Part shown: piece by piece, positions 45,597 through 57,144 of the stretch | Layout: the number at the start of each line of letters is the position of its first letter | How positions within the stretch are numbered: the first letter of the stretch is position 1 | NCBI GenBank assembly: GCA_000004985.1 | Contig: GG738869.1 | Direction: 5' to 3' (one strand) | Source: Naegleria gruberi | Taxonomy: Eukaryota | Length of the DNA stretch: 64,000 nt | The notes under the pieces: model-generated | What the model saw: only the letters and a program-made list of their open reading frames with translations | What the model was told of the DNA's origin: nothing | Databases searched by the model: none | Translations under genes and position numbers: made by a program

Positions 45597-46430
45597 TTAT
45601 TTCCACAGATTTTTCAATGGAAAATTAAATTCTTTCGATTTTTCTATAAGTGAATGGATGATTGACTTGTCAATTGAATCATTTTTGATGAGAACTTGGA
45701 GTGGATCTACCCTTTCAAATAAGGATATAAAATACAACAAATAAATTCCATTTTCTATTGATAGTAACTTATCTGAATATAATTTGATGAAAGAGTCCAT
45801 AATTGGATAGGATCTGTTCAATGTGTATACAAGTTGTGTTTTTTTGAACAATTGGAAATAATCTGGTAAGACTTTACACAATCTTTCCAATAGTGGGATT
45901 GTAAAATTGTTGGAAAGCAATAATTGGTCAAAATATCTTGGGACAGCAATCAATAAACACACTATAGTTCTGTGGTTTGTTTGAATTTTGTAAGCACCAA
46001 TCCATTTTAAATGATTTTCAAAGTAGGTCATATAAATTGACAGTTCCTTCTCCCGACATGCAAGTTCTGTATTCAATTCAAACCACCATGCACTCATCAA
46101 TATTTTGATTCTGTGATAGTGAAACTTTTTCATTAGTACTTCTTTTTCATTTTGATTTTTTGGGATAGTCTGAGATAGAATAATCAATTGTTGGCAATTT
46201 TCTTTTGGAAGTGGTATTTTGTTCCTTCTCACTCTTGACAATAAAACAAATTTAGGATTATTTGATTCGGAGATCATTGATGTGAAGGCATTCAGTAAAT
46301 CATTGGTAGTGATTAATTGACAAAATTGAGGTTCATTCTTCAAAAGTGTATACAGTTCGGAAAAAGGCAAGAATTTCAATATTAAAGATAGTATTTCCGT
46401 GGGTAAGCTAGTTACATAATAAATACACAT
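45597..46430 (-). CDS. F-box-like protein (277 aa), otherwise uncharacterised
   Basis: Minus strand ATG at 46430; N-terminal LPTEILSLILKFLPFSELYTLLKNEPQFCQL (F-box-like); rest helical/leucine-rich with no recognised domain. Confidence 0.5.
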   Translation of the reverse strand: MCIYYVTSLPTEILSLILKFLPFSELYTLLKNEPQFCQLITTNDLLNAFTSMISESNNPKFVLLSRVRRNKIPLPKENCQQLIILSQTIPKNQNEKEVLMKKFHYHRIKILMSAWWFELNTELACREKELSIYMTYFENHLKWIGAYKIQTNHRTIVCLLIAVPRYFDQLLLSNNFTIPLLERLCKVLPDYFQLFKKTQLVYTLNRSYPIMDSFIKLYSDKLLSIENGIYLLYFISLFERVDPLQVLIKNDSIDKSIIHSLIEKSKEFNFPLKNLWK

Positions 46431-46513
46431 TTTTTAATGTTGCGTAAATCCTCCCAAAAGATTGCACTTTGGTGTTTAATATCTTTGAAACTTGTTGCTG
46501 GTAAAAATTAAAA

Positions 46514-46634
46514 GACTACAGCACCACAGGTTCCCAAGTTGTCTCCAACCTCAGTACTGATGTGGCTCGACGATGCTTAACTTCTCAAATCGGACGGGAT
46601 GAGGTGCATTCATCGTGATATGGCCGTAGCCGTC
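46514..46634 (-). rRNA. 5S ribosomal RNA gene (~121 nt), dispersed copy, Pol III T-run terminator at 46510-46513
   Basis: Reverse complement reads GACGGCTACGGCCATATCACGATGAATGCACCTCATCCCGTCCGATTTGAGAAGTTAAGCATCGTCGAGCCACATCAGTACTGAGGTTGGAGACAACTTGGGAACCTGTGGTGCTGTAGTC followed by TTTT. This matches universally conserved 5S blocks (GGCCATA, CCCGTCCGAT, GTTAAGC, GGGA(A/G)). Ends are +/- 3 nt. Confidence 0.8.
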
Positions 46635-46883
46635 TACTTCATTAAAATCACTCTTTTATTCCTTCCTCAACTTTAAGTATTGCTTAACCATCATCCTTGT
46701 TAAAACTCCTTCTTATTCTCCTCCTGTCAGCTTCATCTTGCAAATGCACGTTATCCAAATTATCAAATCTCAAGAAATCGCTTCAATAAATTACTACAAC
46801 ATGAACGTTGAAGCCTTTTTGAGCGTTTTTAAAAAGAATATTCAAAACACTTCACGAATAAGCTCAAAAAAAAAATATCAAAG

Positions 46884-47471
46884 ATGCCAGCCTACAAGAA
46901 AGCACAACAATACGATTCCGACGACTCTGAAGAACAACAAGAAGAACAAGAAGTCATTGAAGAAGCTGAAGAAGAAATTCAAGACGTTAACGATGCTTCT
47001 GAAGATGAAAATGCTGATTCTGATGATGATATGCCAAAGAATAAGCCATTGAAGAAGCACGGTTTCAATGGTGGTAACCGTGGAGGTTTTGGTGGTGATA
47101 GAGAAGGTGGCCGTGGTGGCTTCAGAGGTGGAAGAGGTGGCCGTGGTGGTCGTGGAGGATTCAACAGAGATGGTCCACGTGGTATTGAAAAGCAAGATAA
47201 GATGGGAGGTGGTTTCAGAGGTGGCCGTGGTGGTTTTGGTGGCGATAGAGGTGGCCGTGGTGGTCGTGGTGGCTTCAGAGGAGGTCGTGGTGGTAGTTTT
47301 GGTGGTGATAGAGATGGAGGAAGAGGTGGTTTCAGAGGAGGTAGAGGTGGTGGCCGTGGTGGTGGCAGAGGTGGTTTTGGTGGTGATAGAGGTGGCCGTG
47401 GTGGTGGTCGTGGAGGATTCAGAGGAGGTAGAGGTGGTCGTGGTGGTAGAGGTGGTTTCAACAGAGATTAA
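46884..47471 (+). CDS. GAR/RGG-repeat nucleolar-type protein: acidic Ser/Asp/Glu N-terminus followed by ~130 aa of RGG/FGG repeats (195 aa)
   Basis: MPAYKKAQQYDSDDSEEQQEEQE... then GGNRGGFGGDREGGRGGFRGGRGGRGGRGGFNRDG repeated. Resembles GAR domains of nucleolin, fibrillarin and Gar1 but has no RRM or catalytic core. ATG 46884, TAA 47469-47471. Confidence 0.65.
   Translation: MPAYKKAQQYDSDDSEEQQEEQEVIEEAEEEIQDVNDASEDENADSDDDMPKNKPLKKHGFNGGNRGGFGGDREGGRGGFRGGRGGRGGRGGFNRDGPRGIEKQDKMGGGFRGGRGGFGGDRGGRGGRGGFRGGRGGSFGGDRDGGRGGFRGGRGGGRGGGRGGFGGDRGGRGGGRGGFRGGRGGRGGRGGFNRD
47095..47465 (+). repeat. imperfect tandem GGT/GGA/AGA codon repeats encoding the RGG/FGG array
   Basis: Periodic ggtggccgtggtggt / agaggtgg units. 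Explains the long spurious ORFs on the opposite strand and other frames (46878..47195, 46979..47461, 47068..47673). Confidence 0.7.
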
Positions 47472-48111
47472 TTTCTTTATTCACCCTAGAACCATTTCAA
47501 AAGAACCTATAGTTGTAGTGCTATCATTCCTGTTATCTTTGTGGAGTGAATTAATACTGCTGCAATGGTTCTTTTCTCTATTGTTACCAAGATTTTTGGT
47601 GACATTTTCTCTCAACACTTGTTTATACACTTTAGGTCCAACTCAAATTCCCTCAACAAACTTGAAAGTCTGAGATGAGCCTGTCTCAGCTAAATTGAAA
47701 CAGGTCTATTTAATAACTAGGTCTGATTGGTCTTACTTGTTTGCTTGACCCATGCTAAATATTCATTTATTATAATATTATCAAGTTTGTTCATTATTTT
47801 AAAAAGCCACACACAGTTCGTATGTATGAGGGAAGCTATGAATTGATTCAAATATCAATCTAGCACAAAATCGCAAGTCAGATATCATGGCTGACAACAA
47901 GCAAACAGACCAATGTTATGTTTCAACGAGTTGGATGAATGTGGTGTGAATAGTTGGGAAATATGTCCAATGTTTGAATAGGCAATAATGTGGAATATTT
48001 GGAAGTTGGCAAGATAGCAACTTGAATTGTTCGGAAAGTTTGTTGTGGAATTACTCGAGGAAATATTCACAAATTAGGATTTTGTTAGGAATTTATTAGG
48101 AGGATAATTGG

Positions 48112-49950
48112 TCAACAGAATTCTGGATGTCTGACATAGTCCATTGGTTCGGCTCCACAACGTTCATTCATTTTGGCATAAGGTTTAATTGTGGAAAAGT
48201 TGTCCAATTTCCAATACCAAGGTCCAGCTACTTGACAGTAAGGTAGATTATCATTGTTGACATTACACTTTTCAGGTCTCCAATTCAAATCCCATATTCC
48301 CAATTGGTATATATCCTTTGGGGTAAACTCACCACTTTCTAATTGGTTAGTCAAATTTCCAAATATTCCAGCAGCCTTTAACAAATTCATATACATTACT
48401 GAACATACCATCATTGGCTTGCCGTCATAAAGCCATCCATCTTTTTCAGGTAATGTAAGAGCATAATTGATTGTAATGTTCAATTTGTTCAAATAATCGA
48501 ATACACACATAACTTCCGTACAATTAGCATTAATTCCATAATAATGTTTGAGTCTTTGATTCATTCCTTTAAGGAAGAGCAAATTAATTGCAGAACCAGC
48601 ATACCAATTGTTAAATAGAACAAAAGTGGCACCAATCATATCTCCAGAGAGTGGGTGTGGATAATTATCTTCTTCAGTATCTATCCATGCATAGGCAATA
48701 TTTACAAAACCATATTCATTTCCTTCCAAAGTTTTAAACAACTCTACAGCTGCAGATTCATTATAGAGTTTTCTATATTCTGGAGCTAATCTTGCAATAA
48801 TAATGGTAGAATCAACTTGAGAAGCAGTGTACCATGCTGGCCATGGAGTTCTTCTGACTCCTTCCTCAGTCGACTCGACAACGTATTTAACACCATCAAT
48901 CTTTAAAATAGACGCAATATGTCCAGTTCTGGCTCCAGTTCCGTACATTAATAAACAATCCAATCCACTCAATTGAAGTTGCATGACAACATCACCACTT
49001 TCTAGCTCATAATCTTCCAAGTAAATTTGTTTGATAGGTCTTTCATTGAATTCAAAACCCATATCTTCTTTCAAGAAACTCATCTTATCCTTCTCAAAAT
49101 ACATGCCAGCAAGTAATTTTCCAGCATTGAAAGCATCAATAATGGTTTGGAAAATGGCATCTTTGAAATAAAACATTCTCAACCCATTTTGTAAAACGTC
49201 TTCCCATTCTCCGTCATCTTTCAAGTGTTCCAAAATCAGTTCATGTTTTCCGTGTGTGAATAGAACCTTGACAAAGTAATTTTCTCTTGTTGTAATAAAA
49301 TACCAATCATAACAGAGGTAAGATACTGGTCCACTTGTCTCAAATTCCAAAGTGACGGATTTCTTTGCAGAATCAATTTTGGTAATTCTGGCAGATGTGT
49401 TTTGGAAACAAGGAGCATAGGACCAACTAATTGGCTTGCCATCAATTTTAGCATTTCCAATAAATGATGGAACCCAATTTCTTCTATGATCTGGAGGCAT
49501 TGGATCTGAGCTACTTTTTCCAAATTGTGTCTTGATTGACTTGTTATTTTCTTTTGACAATTGCCACAATGCCTTCCAACTCATTCTCTTCATAGTTCTA
49601 GCAATTGATCTCGTTCTCACAAAATCACCCTTCCTTTCCACAAGCATGGTCTCCGTCTTGTGATAGAGTGATTCACTCTCAGTATAATATCCATTACTTG
49701 GTGATGCATAAATATTTCCTCTCTCGTGATGTTCTTTATGATGATGAATATTATTGTTACTATTCAATAATTGTTGGGTAAACTTATTAAAAGTTTCCTT
49801 GTTAGAAGTTACATAGGTGAGTGAAGCCTCTTCATGATGATGATCAAACATCGGAATGGTTAATTTTGCATTTACAATTACAATTGATAGAATCAATAGT
49901 ACAATATTTATCCAATTATAAATAATAAAATTCTTCCCCCGCAACATCAT
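48112..49950 (-). CDS. secreted hypothetical protein (612 aa) with N-terminal signal peptide and His-rich segment; no domain confidently recognised
   Basis: Minus-strand ATG 49950 (MMLRGKNFIIYNWINIVLLILSIVIVNA), TGA stop at 48112-48114; contains HHHEE / HHHKEHHE and several conserved Cys. Uninterrupted ORF. Confidence 0.5.
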   Translation of the reverse strand: MMLRGKNFIIYNWINIVLLILSIVIVNAKLTIPMFDHHHEEASLTYVTSNKETFNKFTQQLLNSNNNIHHHKEHHERGNIYASPSNGYYTESESLYHKTETMLVERKGDFVRTRSIARTMKRMSWKALWQLSKENNKSIKTQFGKSSSDPMPPDHRRNWVPSFIGNAKIDGKPISWSYAPCFQNTSARITKIDSAKKSVTLEFETSGPVSYLCYDWYFITTRENYFVKVLFTHGKHELILEHLKDDGEWEDVLQNGLRMFYFKDAIFQTIIDAFNAGKLLAGMYFEKDKMSFLKEDMGFEFNERPIKQIYLEDYELESGDVVMQLQLSGLDCLLMYGTGARTGHIASILKIDGVKYVVESTEEGVRRTPWPAWYTASQVDSTIIIARLAPEYRKLYNESAAVELFKTLEGNEYGFVNIAYAWIDTEEDNYPHPLSGDMIGATFVLFNNWYAGSAINLLFLKGMNQRLKHYYGINANCTEVMCVFDYLNKLNITINYALTLPEKDGWLYDGKPMMVCSVMYMNLLKAAGIFGNLTNQLESGEFTPKDIYQLGIWDLNWRPEKCNVNNDNLPYCQVAGPWYWKLDNFSTIKPYAKMNERCGAEPMDYVRHPEFC

Positions 49951-51119
49951 CTCTCTCTTATATTGTATTAAAAAAGTGATGTTGTTGTTTTTTGCTTTGG
50001 AGTTTTTAAGATTTTTTTTAAAATTAGAATTGATTTGGATTCTTGAAGGAAGTTGTTTTACAAAATGGTTTGTTGTAAAGTAGAGTCCAATTTAGCTGTT
50101 TGTATACAATGTGATATTTCAAATATAGAGAATAGGGAATGTATTCAATAAAGATTTTTTCCCATCTAGCAAGGAAACCAAAGAGTTCTTTAAATTGTAA
50201 TAATTGTTAGTTCCGTAATTAATGTTTCCAATAGTTATTGAAGCTTTACATTTCTGAGATTTCCAATACTGGCTTGAACTAATTTACAATCTTCTTCAGA
50301 AATTGGAGTTAAATGCTTTTTATATTTGGAAAAAATCTTTTGTATTACGAAAATAATCATCAACTTCCTTATCAATAAATATTTTGGTTTTATCCTCTAA
50401 TCAATCATATGCTTTTGGTCTCTTTTCAAAGTCCGTTGCTATTTCATAATCTATTGAAAAGGAAACACGATTGATTGATACGCTTGTTGGGAAACTAGTT
50501 GTGAGTTTTCTTATTTGGAGAGCTAGTATTCATTTCTTGGGTTTGTTCGGTAGTGAGATATTTCTCAACTTGATCAACTTGTGGATACCATAAATTTGAA
50601 ATTAGTATAGAAACAAGATCTATTCTTTTCTTTAGGTTAAAGTGACTATATGAACCAAAATATGACAAGGTATAAGCCAGCTTAATGTTTTCATCAACAG
50701 GACATACAAATTGCACTTTGTTGGTTTTCCAGTCACGCCTAATATTTGTAATTCTTTGTGCCATTCCTCAAGTGGGCTCTTTATCAATTTTCTTGCAGTA
50801 AACGCCAAAGTCAATTGCAGGTCCAGTAATTAAAGGGATGAAATCTTTGTGCAAAGAGTGACGGCTGTACGAAACAGACGAATCTTACCTAATTAGTTTG
50901 ATAAATTTATGGTTTTTGTACTCATCAATTGATAAACGAATTTTCTTATCATTAATAAATAAACCAACATGTTCCAATCCTTTTCTCAATTCCTGCAAAT
51001 TGTTGTTCTTAAAAATGGTTGTAAACTTTTGTAGTTTTATTTGCCCTAATCTGCTGTTTTTTAAAAGAAATATCGTTTGGAATTCACAACAGAAACACGG
51101 AATTGTAAATTCGAAAAAA

Positions 51120-54100
51120 ATGGAGGAAAAAATTCCTGCGATTTTTCATCGAGAAGTAATCACAAAATTTGATTTTCTACCCAAGCTAAAGCATTCGACT
51201 ATTGCAAGACATTCAGAATTTCAAAAATTCCTATCAAATTTTCTACGCGAATACAATTCTTCAAAGAACCAAATTCCTTCAAGACGATATGGTAAATATG
51301 CAACCACTAAAGAAGTGAGTGCCATCATCAAGGAAATTCTAGAGTGGTACTGGCTAGATACGGAGGAGGAGAAGGATAGCACTGCTCTTGGATTAATTCT
51401 GGAGAGAATGGGATTTCCGAATCATGTGATTAGTTAAGGTCTGGAAGTGTGTAATTTTATTGGTCATTTCCATTTGGATACTTGTTTGGTTTTCTTGTTA
51501 TCTTCTTATAAGTGGTTGCTGAATGAATCCTTTTTCAAGAAACAACAACACAATAGCAATTTCATGGGCAAGATTAATGATGGTGAATGTGTTAATGCTT
51601 TCAATTATGTTAGAGATTTGGAACGTGCAAGAGAACAGTTTGATTCATCGTATTCGGAAAGAACAACTTCTATTGGTGATGATGAAATTCAACATGTTCT
51701 TGATGGACATATGGTCAATTGGATTTTATTACTCCAAAGAGTGTTAAAGATGAGACCAGAATTGCAGAGGCAGATAAAGGAGGATGGAGGTGCTGATTGG
51801 TTGGTTCGTGCAGTGTCTTTAAAAACACATCACCCAGTAATTCATAATATGGCAAGTGCTAAGAAGTTTCTCCAATTAATGAAGAAATTTACAACTTTAC
51901 AAGGTCAACCGTATGCAGAAATGAATTTTGATGAAAAATTTGAAATGCTCAAGGTTGTGACAAGAACATTTCTTGTTACAATGAATGGTTTAGAGCAAGT
52001 CCACAAATGGTTTTTGGATGGTAATCAGGATTTATCTGTGAATCAACTAGAGAATGATAGAGATCACTTTCGTATAAGAATAGTTGAAATTTGCATTAGA
52101 AATTCAACAAGCTTACAAGGACTTGCAGGAGACTTATACTCAGACAATAGTGATCCAAGAGCAATTGTCAAACTCAGAAGTTCACCGAAAGGAAAATACT
52201 CAAAGAGTCGTTATAGATTATATTTTGGTGTTAACACAACCTTGACTGTATTATTTTCCTTTCCAAGAATGGGATTGACATCTCAATTATTTCTTTCAGA
52301 AAATTCAGATTTGGAAAGTTTAAAGGATTTGAAAACTGTTGCAGGAAATTATTGGGGAGAAGAAACAGTTCTCAAGATTAAGCAAGATTTTTGTAATAGC
52401 ATCAATAATGGTAAAAAGCCAACAGTTTCAAAGCAAGATTTTTCAAAATGCAAACATTTGGAAAGAATTTCACAAGAATTTAGAGCTGCTCGAGTTTTGA
52501 AAAGTTATCAAGATTCTCCAATTACAATTGCCGGTTATTCATTTCATCAATTATGTCAAAATACCAGTGGAATGCATTCGTATAAGTATACTTATTATTG
52601 TGGAGATTTGGCTGATGAATTGCCATTGGGAGTGGAAGATGTGAAGGAGTTTTTTATTCCTAGTCATCTCAATCCAGATTTGTACAAACCAGAAAATCAA
52701 TTGAAATTAACAGTTCGTTTATCGCTCTTAAATACTCCAATATCTCCTACGATTAATATTTCAGAATATCAAGTTATTGAAGATGTTGGTCTTTTCACAG
52801 ATGGTTGTGGTTTCATTTCTCCTGATTTAGCAAGAGAAATTTATAGAAAAATTAAACAGGCAGAATCTAGAGAGAAAGTTCACGTATTTGAGAATGCACA
52901 ATACATGGTTGATGTACAGATGATTTATCAAGATTCTGATCCAGTTGAGGATGATATGGATGATAATGTTCCTTCAGCATTTCAGATTCGTTTTAGAGGA
53001 GCAAAAGGCATGCTCCTACAAAATCCAAATGTGAAAGGAATTGTATTAAGAGAATCTATGGTTAAATTCAACGTAGATTTAGATGAAGATCTCGATGAGG
53101 AAGACGAAAGTCTTTCGAATATCCATGTAGTCGGTTATTCAGAACCATCTAATTTTGCATTCGCCAACTCAACAATTTTGTACATGATGAGTGGATGTGT
53201 TGATGGAGGTGAGAAATTTGAGGGAATAATTATGAATATGTGGAAGGATTATGTTAATGACATTTTAAAAACCTATTCTAATGAAGATACTTCCCAATTG
53301 ATGAAGAAATATTTCAAAGAAGGCGATTTTCATGCCTTAAACATTTTCGGATTGACCAAAGATGTTGCACTCGCTTTCCTTGCAGGACCATTCAGAACTC
53401 AATTGTTGAATCTTAAACTCCCTATTCAAAATGCTCGGAGAGTTTACGGAGTTTGTGATCCACTCGAAGTGTTAGAACCAGATGAAGTTTTTGTTAGAAT
53501 TAGAATGGAAGATGGCACTTTGAAAACCTTGGAAGGAACTATTGCCATCACTAAAGAGCCATGTCTTCATAGAGGTGATTTACGTTTGCTGAAAGCTAAG
53601 AAAATAGAGAGTTTAGAATATCTTTCAGAAGTAATTGTTTTTCCTATTAAGGGAGAAAAAAGACCTATTCCTAACATGATTACAGGAAGTGATTTGGATG
53701 GTGACAAATATCTTGTCATTTGGGATGAACCTCTTGTTTCATCTTTCGTCCAACAATTCGAACCTGGAAACTTTGATGAAGAAATTGAAGGAGAAAAACG
53801 TAATTTCGAACCAGATGTTTTTAAGGACTGGATAGGATTGAGACATTCCTATGTAGATTCGTATGGATATGAATGGAGTAAAGGTGAGAATTGGAAAACC
53901 ATGCAAAGACTTTCAGATATTGTAAATATGGCTGTCGATGCACCTAAAAAGGGGAAAACATTCAAGGCAGGTGCAATGGAGAAGGATATTGTTAGAAACT
54001 TTCCGAAATATCCTCATTTCCATAATTCAAAGACAAAGGAAGCTGTTAGAGTGAGTACTTCAGTTGTTGGGAAAATGTATGATTTTGCAATTGATAGAGT

Positions 54101-56555
54101 TACTGAGCGTTTTAAATTTCAGCCAGTTACTGACAAGCGTCAAACATCAACTGACGACAAGGAATATTTATTCTTGGATAATTTATACCAAGTATTGCGA
54201 AGGAATAAGGATATTTCAGTCAATCAGTTTTTGAACTTTATTTGGAAACATTTTTCAAACATTTTATTGAGAAGCACTACAATTCAATTTGCTTCTGAGT
54301 TTTTAGATTCGTTTTGGAGATTCTTATGTATGTTGACAATACGAAAAGAGAAAACTATTATATTGTGTTGTCTTAACACAACTGTTGATAAGGTTAATAA
54401 CAGTTCTATGAATGCAATTATTAGCGAAATGACAAAGAGCGATAATTTAGTACTAATGGTTCAAGGAATATCCGAAACTAAACTCAAATTCAAAGAAGAT
54501 TTGCAAAATGACAAGATACATGACTCCTCTGCATGTTCTTTATTCAAATTTTCCAACTCGAATGTTGAATTTATTCATTTCCTTTTTTATGAAATATTCT
54601 TTGATGCAGCTTCAAGAATCCAAATTGATCTAGGGTACAATTTGCTTACCAATTATACCCTATCTCAAACCCTATTTGAAAATATTGTAGAACCATCGAC
54701 TTTGAATCCAGTTCTCTTTAAAAAACCAAAAACTATCTTTGAAATAATTTACAAAGCTTGCAATGGCAAAGACTCAGATAGAAAGAAGCATGCATTGTAC
54801 ATTGTTGGACTTTTATTCAAGAATGGTATAATTTTACCTAGAAACTATGATTTGGCTATCAAATGCTTTAAACTGGCACTTTCAAAAGAGAACAATATCC
54901 GAATTGGATTTATACCATATTTGTATAATAGTGAAAAACGACCTGTAATGAAAGAATTGAAGATTCTGGCAAAGGCAGGATATGCTGAAGCACAATACAA
55001 CTTGGGAAGATTAAGCTATTTTGATGGCGATCAATGGTCTGCTTTGGAATGGTTGAAAAAAGCTGCTTTTCAATGTGTTCTTAATATTGAAAACAGAGGA
55101 TTGGATAAGAAGAACACTCTTTACTTTTTATCAAATCTCTACAGGGATGGTACTATTGTTGAGTGGAATAATGATAGATATCTTCAATTATTGGAAGAAT
55201 CTGCTAAATTAGGATCTATTGATGCAATGTACAAGATTGGAAGAAGGATGGAGTTGACCAAACAGTATTCATTTGCTTGTTTTTGGTATGAGAGAGCAGC
55301 CTATGAGGGAATATTAGAAAATTATTTGCAAGGTTATGGAATGAAAAACTCTTGTCGATTCAGCTTGGAAATTGATGAATATGGAATTGATTCAATGAAT
55401 AGATTGCCACCTCTTCCATTGCAAAATGATCTACAAGTTGAAATTCAACTTGATATTTCAATAGAAAGTCCTCTCTTGAAGAAAAATATGCTATTTGTGC
55501 AGAGTTCAAATCCAGTTTTCCAAACTTTTTGTAATGATGGAACAATTATTCCACCAAACGAAATTGAAGAATTTACCAAGATTCTCCCAAGTTCTAATAT
55601 ATTACAAAAGAAATATGAAAGGAAATATGAAAGCATCCATGACTCAGCAAAGAGAACTATGGAAAAAGCAGAAAAAATGCTGAAATTGGCTAACCAAACT
55701 ATTGCTCATATAGATAGAATTTTAAACAAGGGAAAGAGTTCAGATTCGAAAGAATCTCCTCTTGAAAATGAGAGTAAAGAAGAAGTAGAAGAAATATCTA
55801 CTGAACAAATATCAACTGAACAAGAAGATACAAAAGAATCTATTATTCCACACACAAAATGGAAACTGATTTATAGAGGAAGTAAGGATGGATACGAATC
55901 TAATGATTTCCATAGAAAGTGTGATGATAAAGGTTCCACTTTCATCATAGTCAAGACTAAAGAGGACGAAATATTTGGAGGATATACAACCCAAACTTGG
56001 AAAATTCCCCAAGCAAATATCTTTGGACACACACAACGAAACGATGAAAATGCATTCTTATTCATTCGTTCCAAGAGTCGCAAATATTTTAAACTTCCAA
56101 TCACAAATCAACCAAGTATTGATTGTACTCACGCAAGATTAATTGACTTTCTTGATTTTACCATACCAAATAATTGTGATATAATTCCAGGACATACTAA
56201 TTTCGGAATGAATTATCAACTTCCAAAATGGTCTAAGGGAAATGGATTCAGTTTTAGTGAATCTCTTGATAATAGAAGAAGTTTTTATGTGGAAGAAATT
56301 GAAGTTTATTCATTAATAGATTCTGAAGATGAAAATAGTCCACTCATGTCTGGATCAATCAATCTTTCTCAGATAAGAACAGATGGTCCTATGTTTAATT
56401 GGGATGATTATTTGAGCTACGTTAGAGCACGAAATAGTGATCCTTATGGTACAAGAGCATACACAGAAAGTGTAAGACAAGCAAGAATTTCAAGTGATGA
56501 AGGAATTGAAAGATTGAAAGACAAGTTGCGTCTAATGGGAGTTTTCAAGGAATAG
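51120..56555 (+). CDS. RNA-dependent RNA polymerase (cellular RDR/QDE-1 family) with C-terminal Sel1-like repeats and a TLDc domain; core ORF 51564..56555 is certain. A possible 5' exon 51120..51425 would be joined through an in-frame 87-nt intron 51426..51512
   Basis: Catalytic RDR signature ITGSDLDGDKYLVIWDEP at ~53680-53735 (DLDGD = DbDGD motif) within a ~900-aa RdRP core. Sel1-like repeats (AKAGYAEAQYNLGRLSYFDGDQWSALEWLKKAAFQ; ESAKLGSIDAMYKIGRRME) at ~55100-55350. C-terminal TLDc-like domain (WKLIYRGSKDGYESNDFHRKCDDKGSTFIIVKTKEDEIFGGYTTQTW...AFLFIRSK...SFYVEEIEVYSL) at ~55870-56370. TAG stop at 56553-56555. Confidence 0.85.
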
Positions 56556-57144
56556 TGTATTTATTTAAAGTTTAAAAGGATTCATTCCAAAACAAAGATA
56601 CCTTCTCTTCCCTCTCTGAAGAATGTCATGAAGAATATTTCAATTTCCAGTGATTTGCAATGTCTGTGCTCCAATCTACAAATAAAATTACAAAAATCTG
56701 AATCAAATCCATGAGACTGATCAATTAAAAAACACTAATCGGACCGAGTGTGAAATTCCTGACAATTCAATGGATGGAAATTTTGGAATTTGTACAGCGT
56801 TACGTTTCTTTTCCCCAAATGTAAAGAATCAAATTAGAAAGTTAGACCTGACTGATTCCATACATCTATTGAAATCCCTTGAATTGAATGAACACCCATT
56901 TATGTGTAATAATCATTCCTAACTTGTGAAATATTTTGGCGTGAAGATTGATTCCTTGATGCGTGGGGGCATTTTTTCCTTAATTCCTTACAGGAACAAC
57001 AGTAAAGTGAATGTTGAAAAATTGCTTTGATGAAGAATATAAAATAAACCTAGGGGATTCACAATGAAATAGTTCACGATTGTATTAATTTCTTGTTTTG
57101 TATCAGGGAAAAAACTGTTAATAGAACTATTTCAAGAAATCCAG

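Noticed and set aside
46878-47673. Long ORFs on the opposite strand and other frames across the GAR gene (46878..47195 -, 46979..47461 -, 47068..47673 +), encoding P/L/R-rich or V/E-rich proteins
   Set aside because: These are artefacts of the GGT/GGA/AGA codon periodicity of the RGG repeat; only the + strand frame starting at ATG 46884 has an acidic N-terminus plus coherent RGG/FGG repeats.
50495-50900. Small minus-strand ORFs (50495..50764, 50632..50814) upstream of the RdRP locus
   Set aside because: Short, overlapping, no start-context or domain support; region more likely promoter or UTR.
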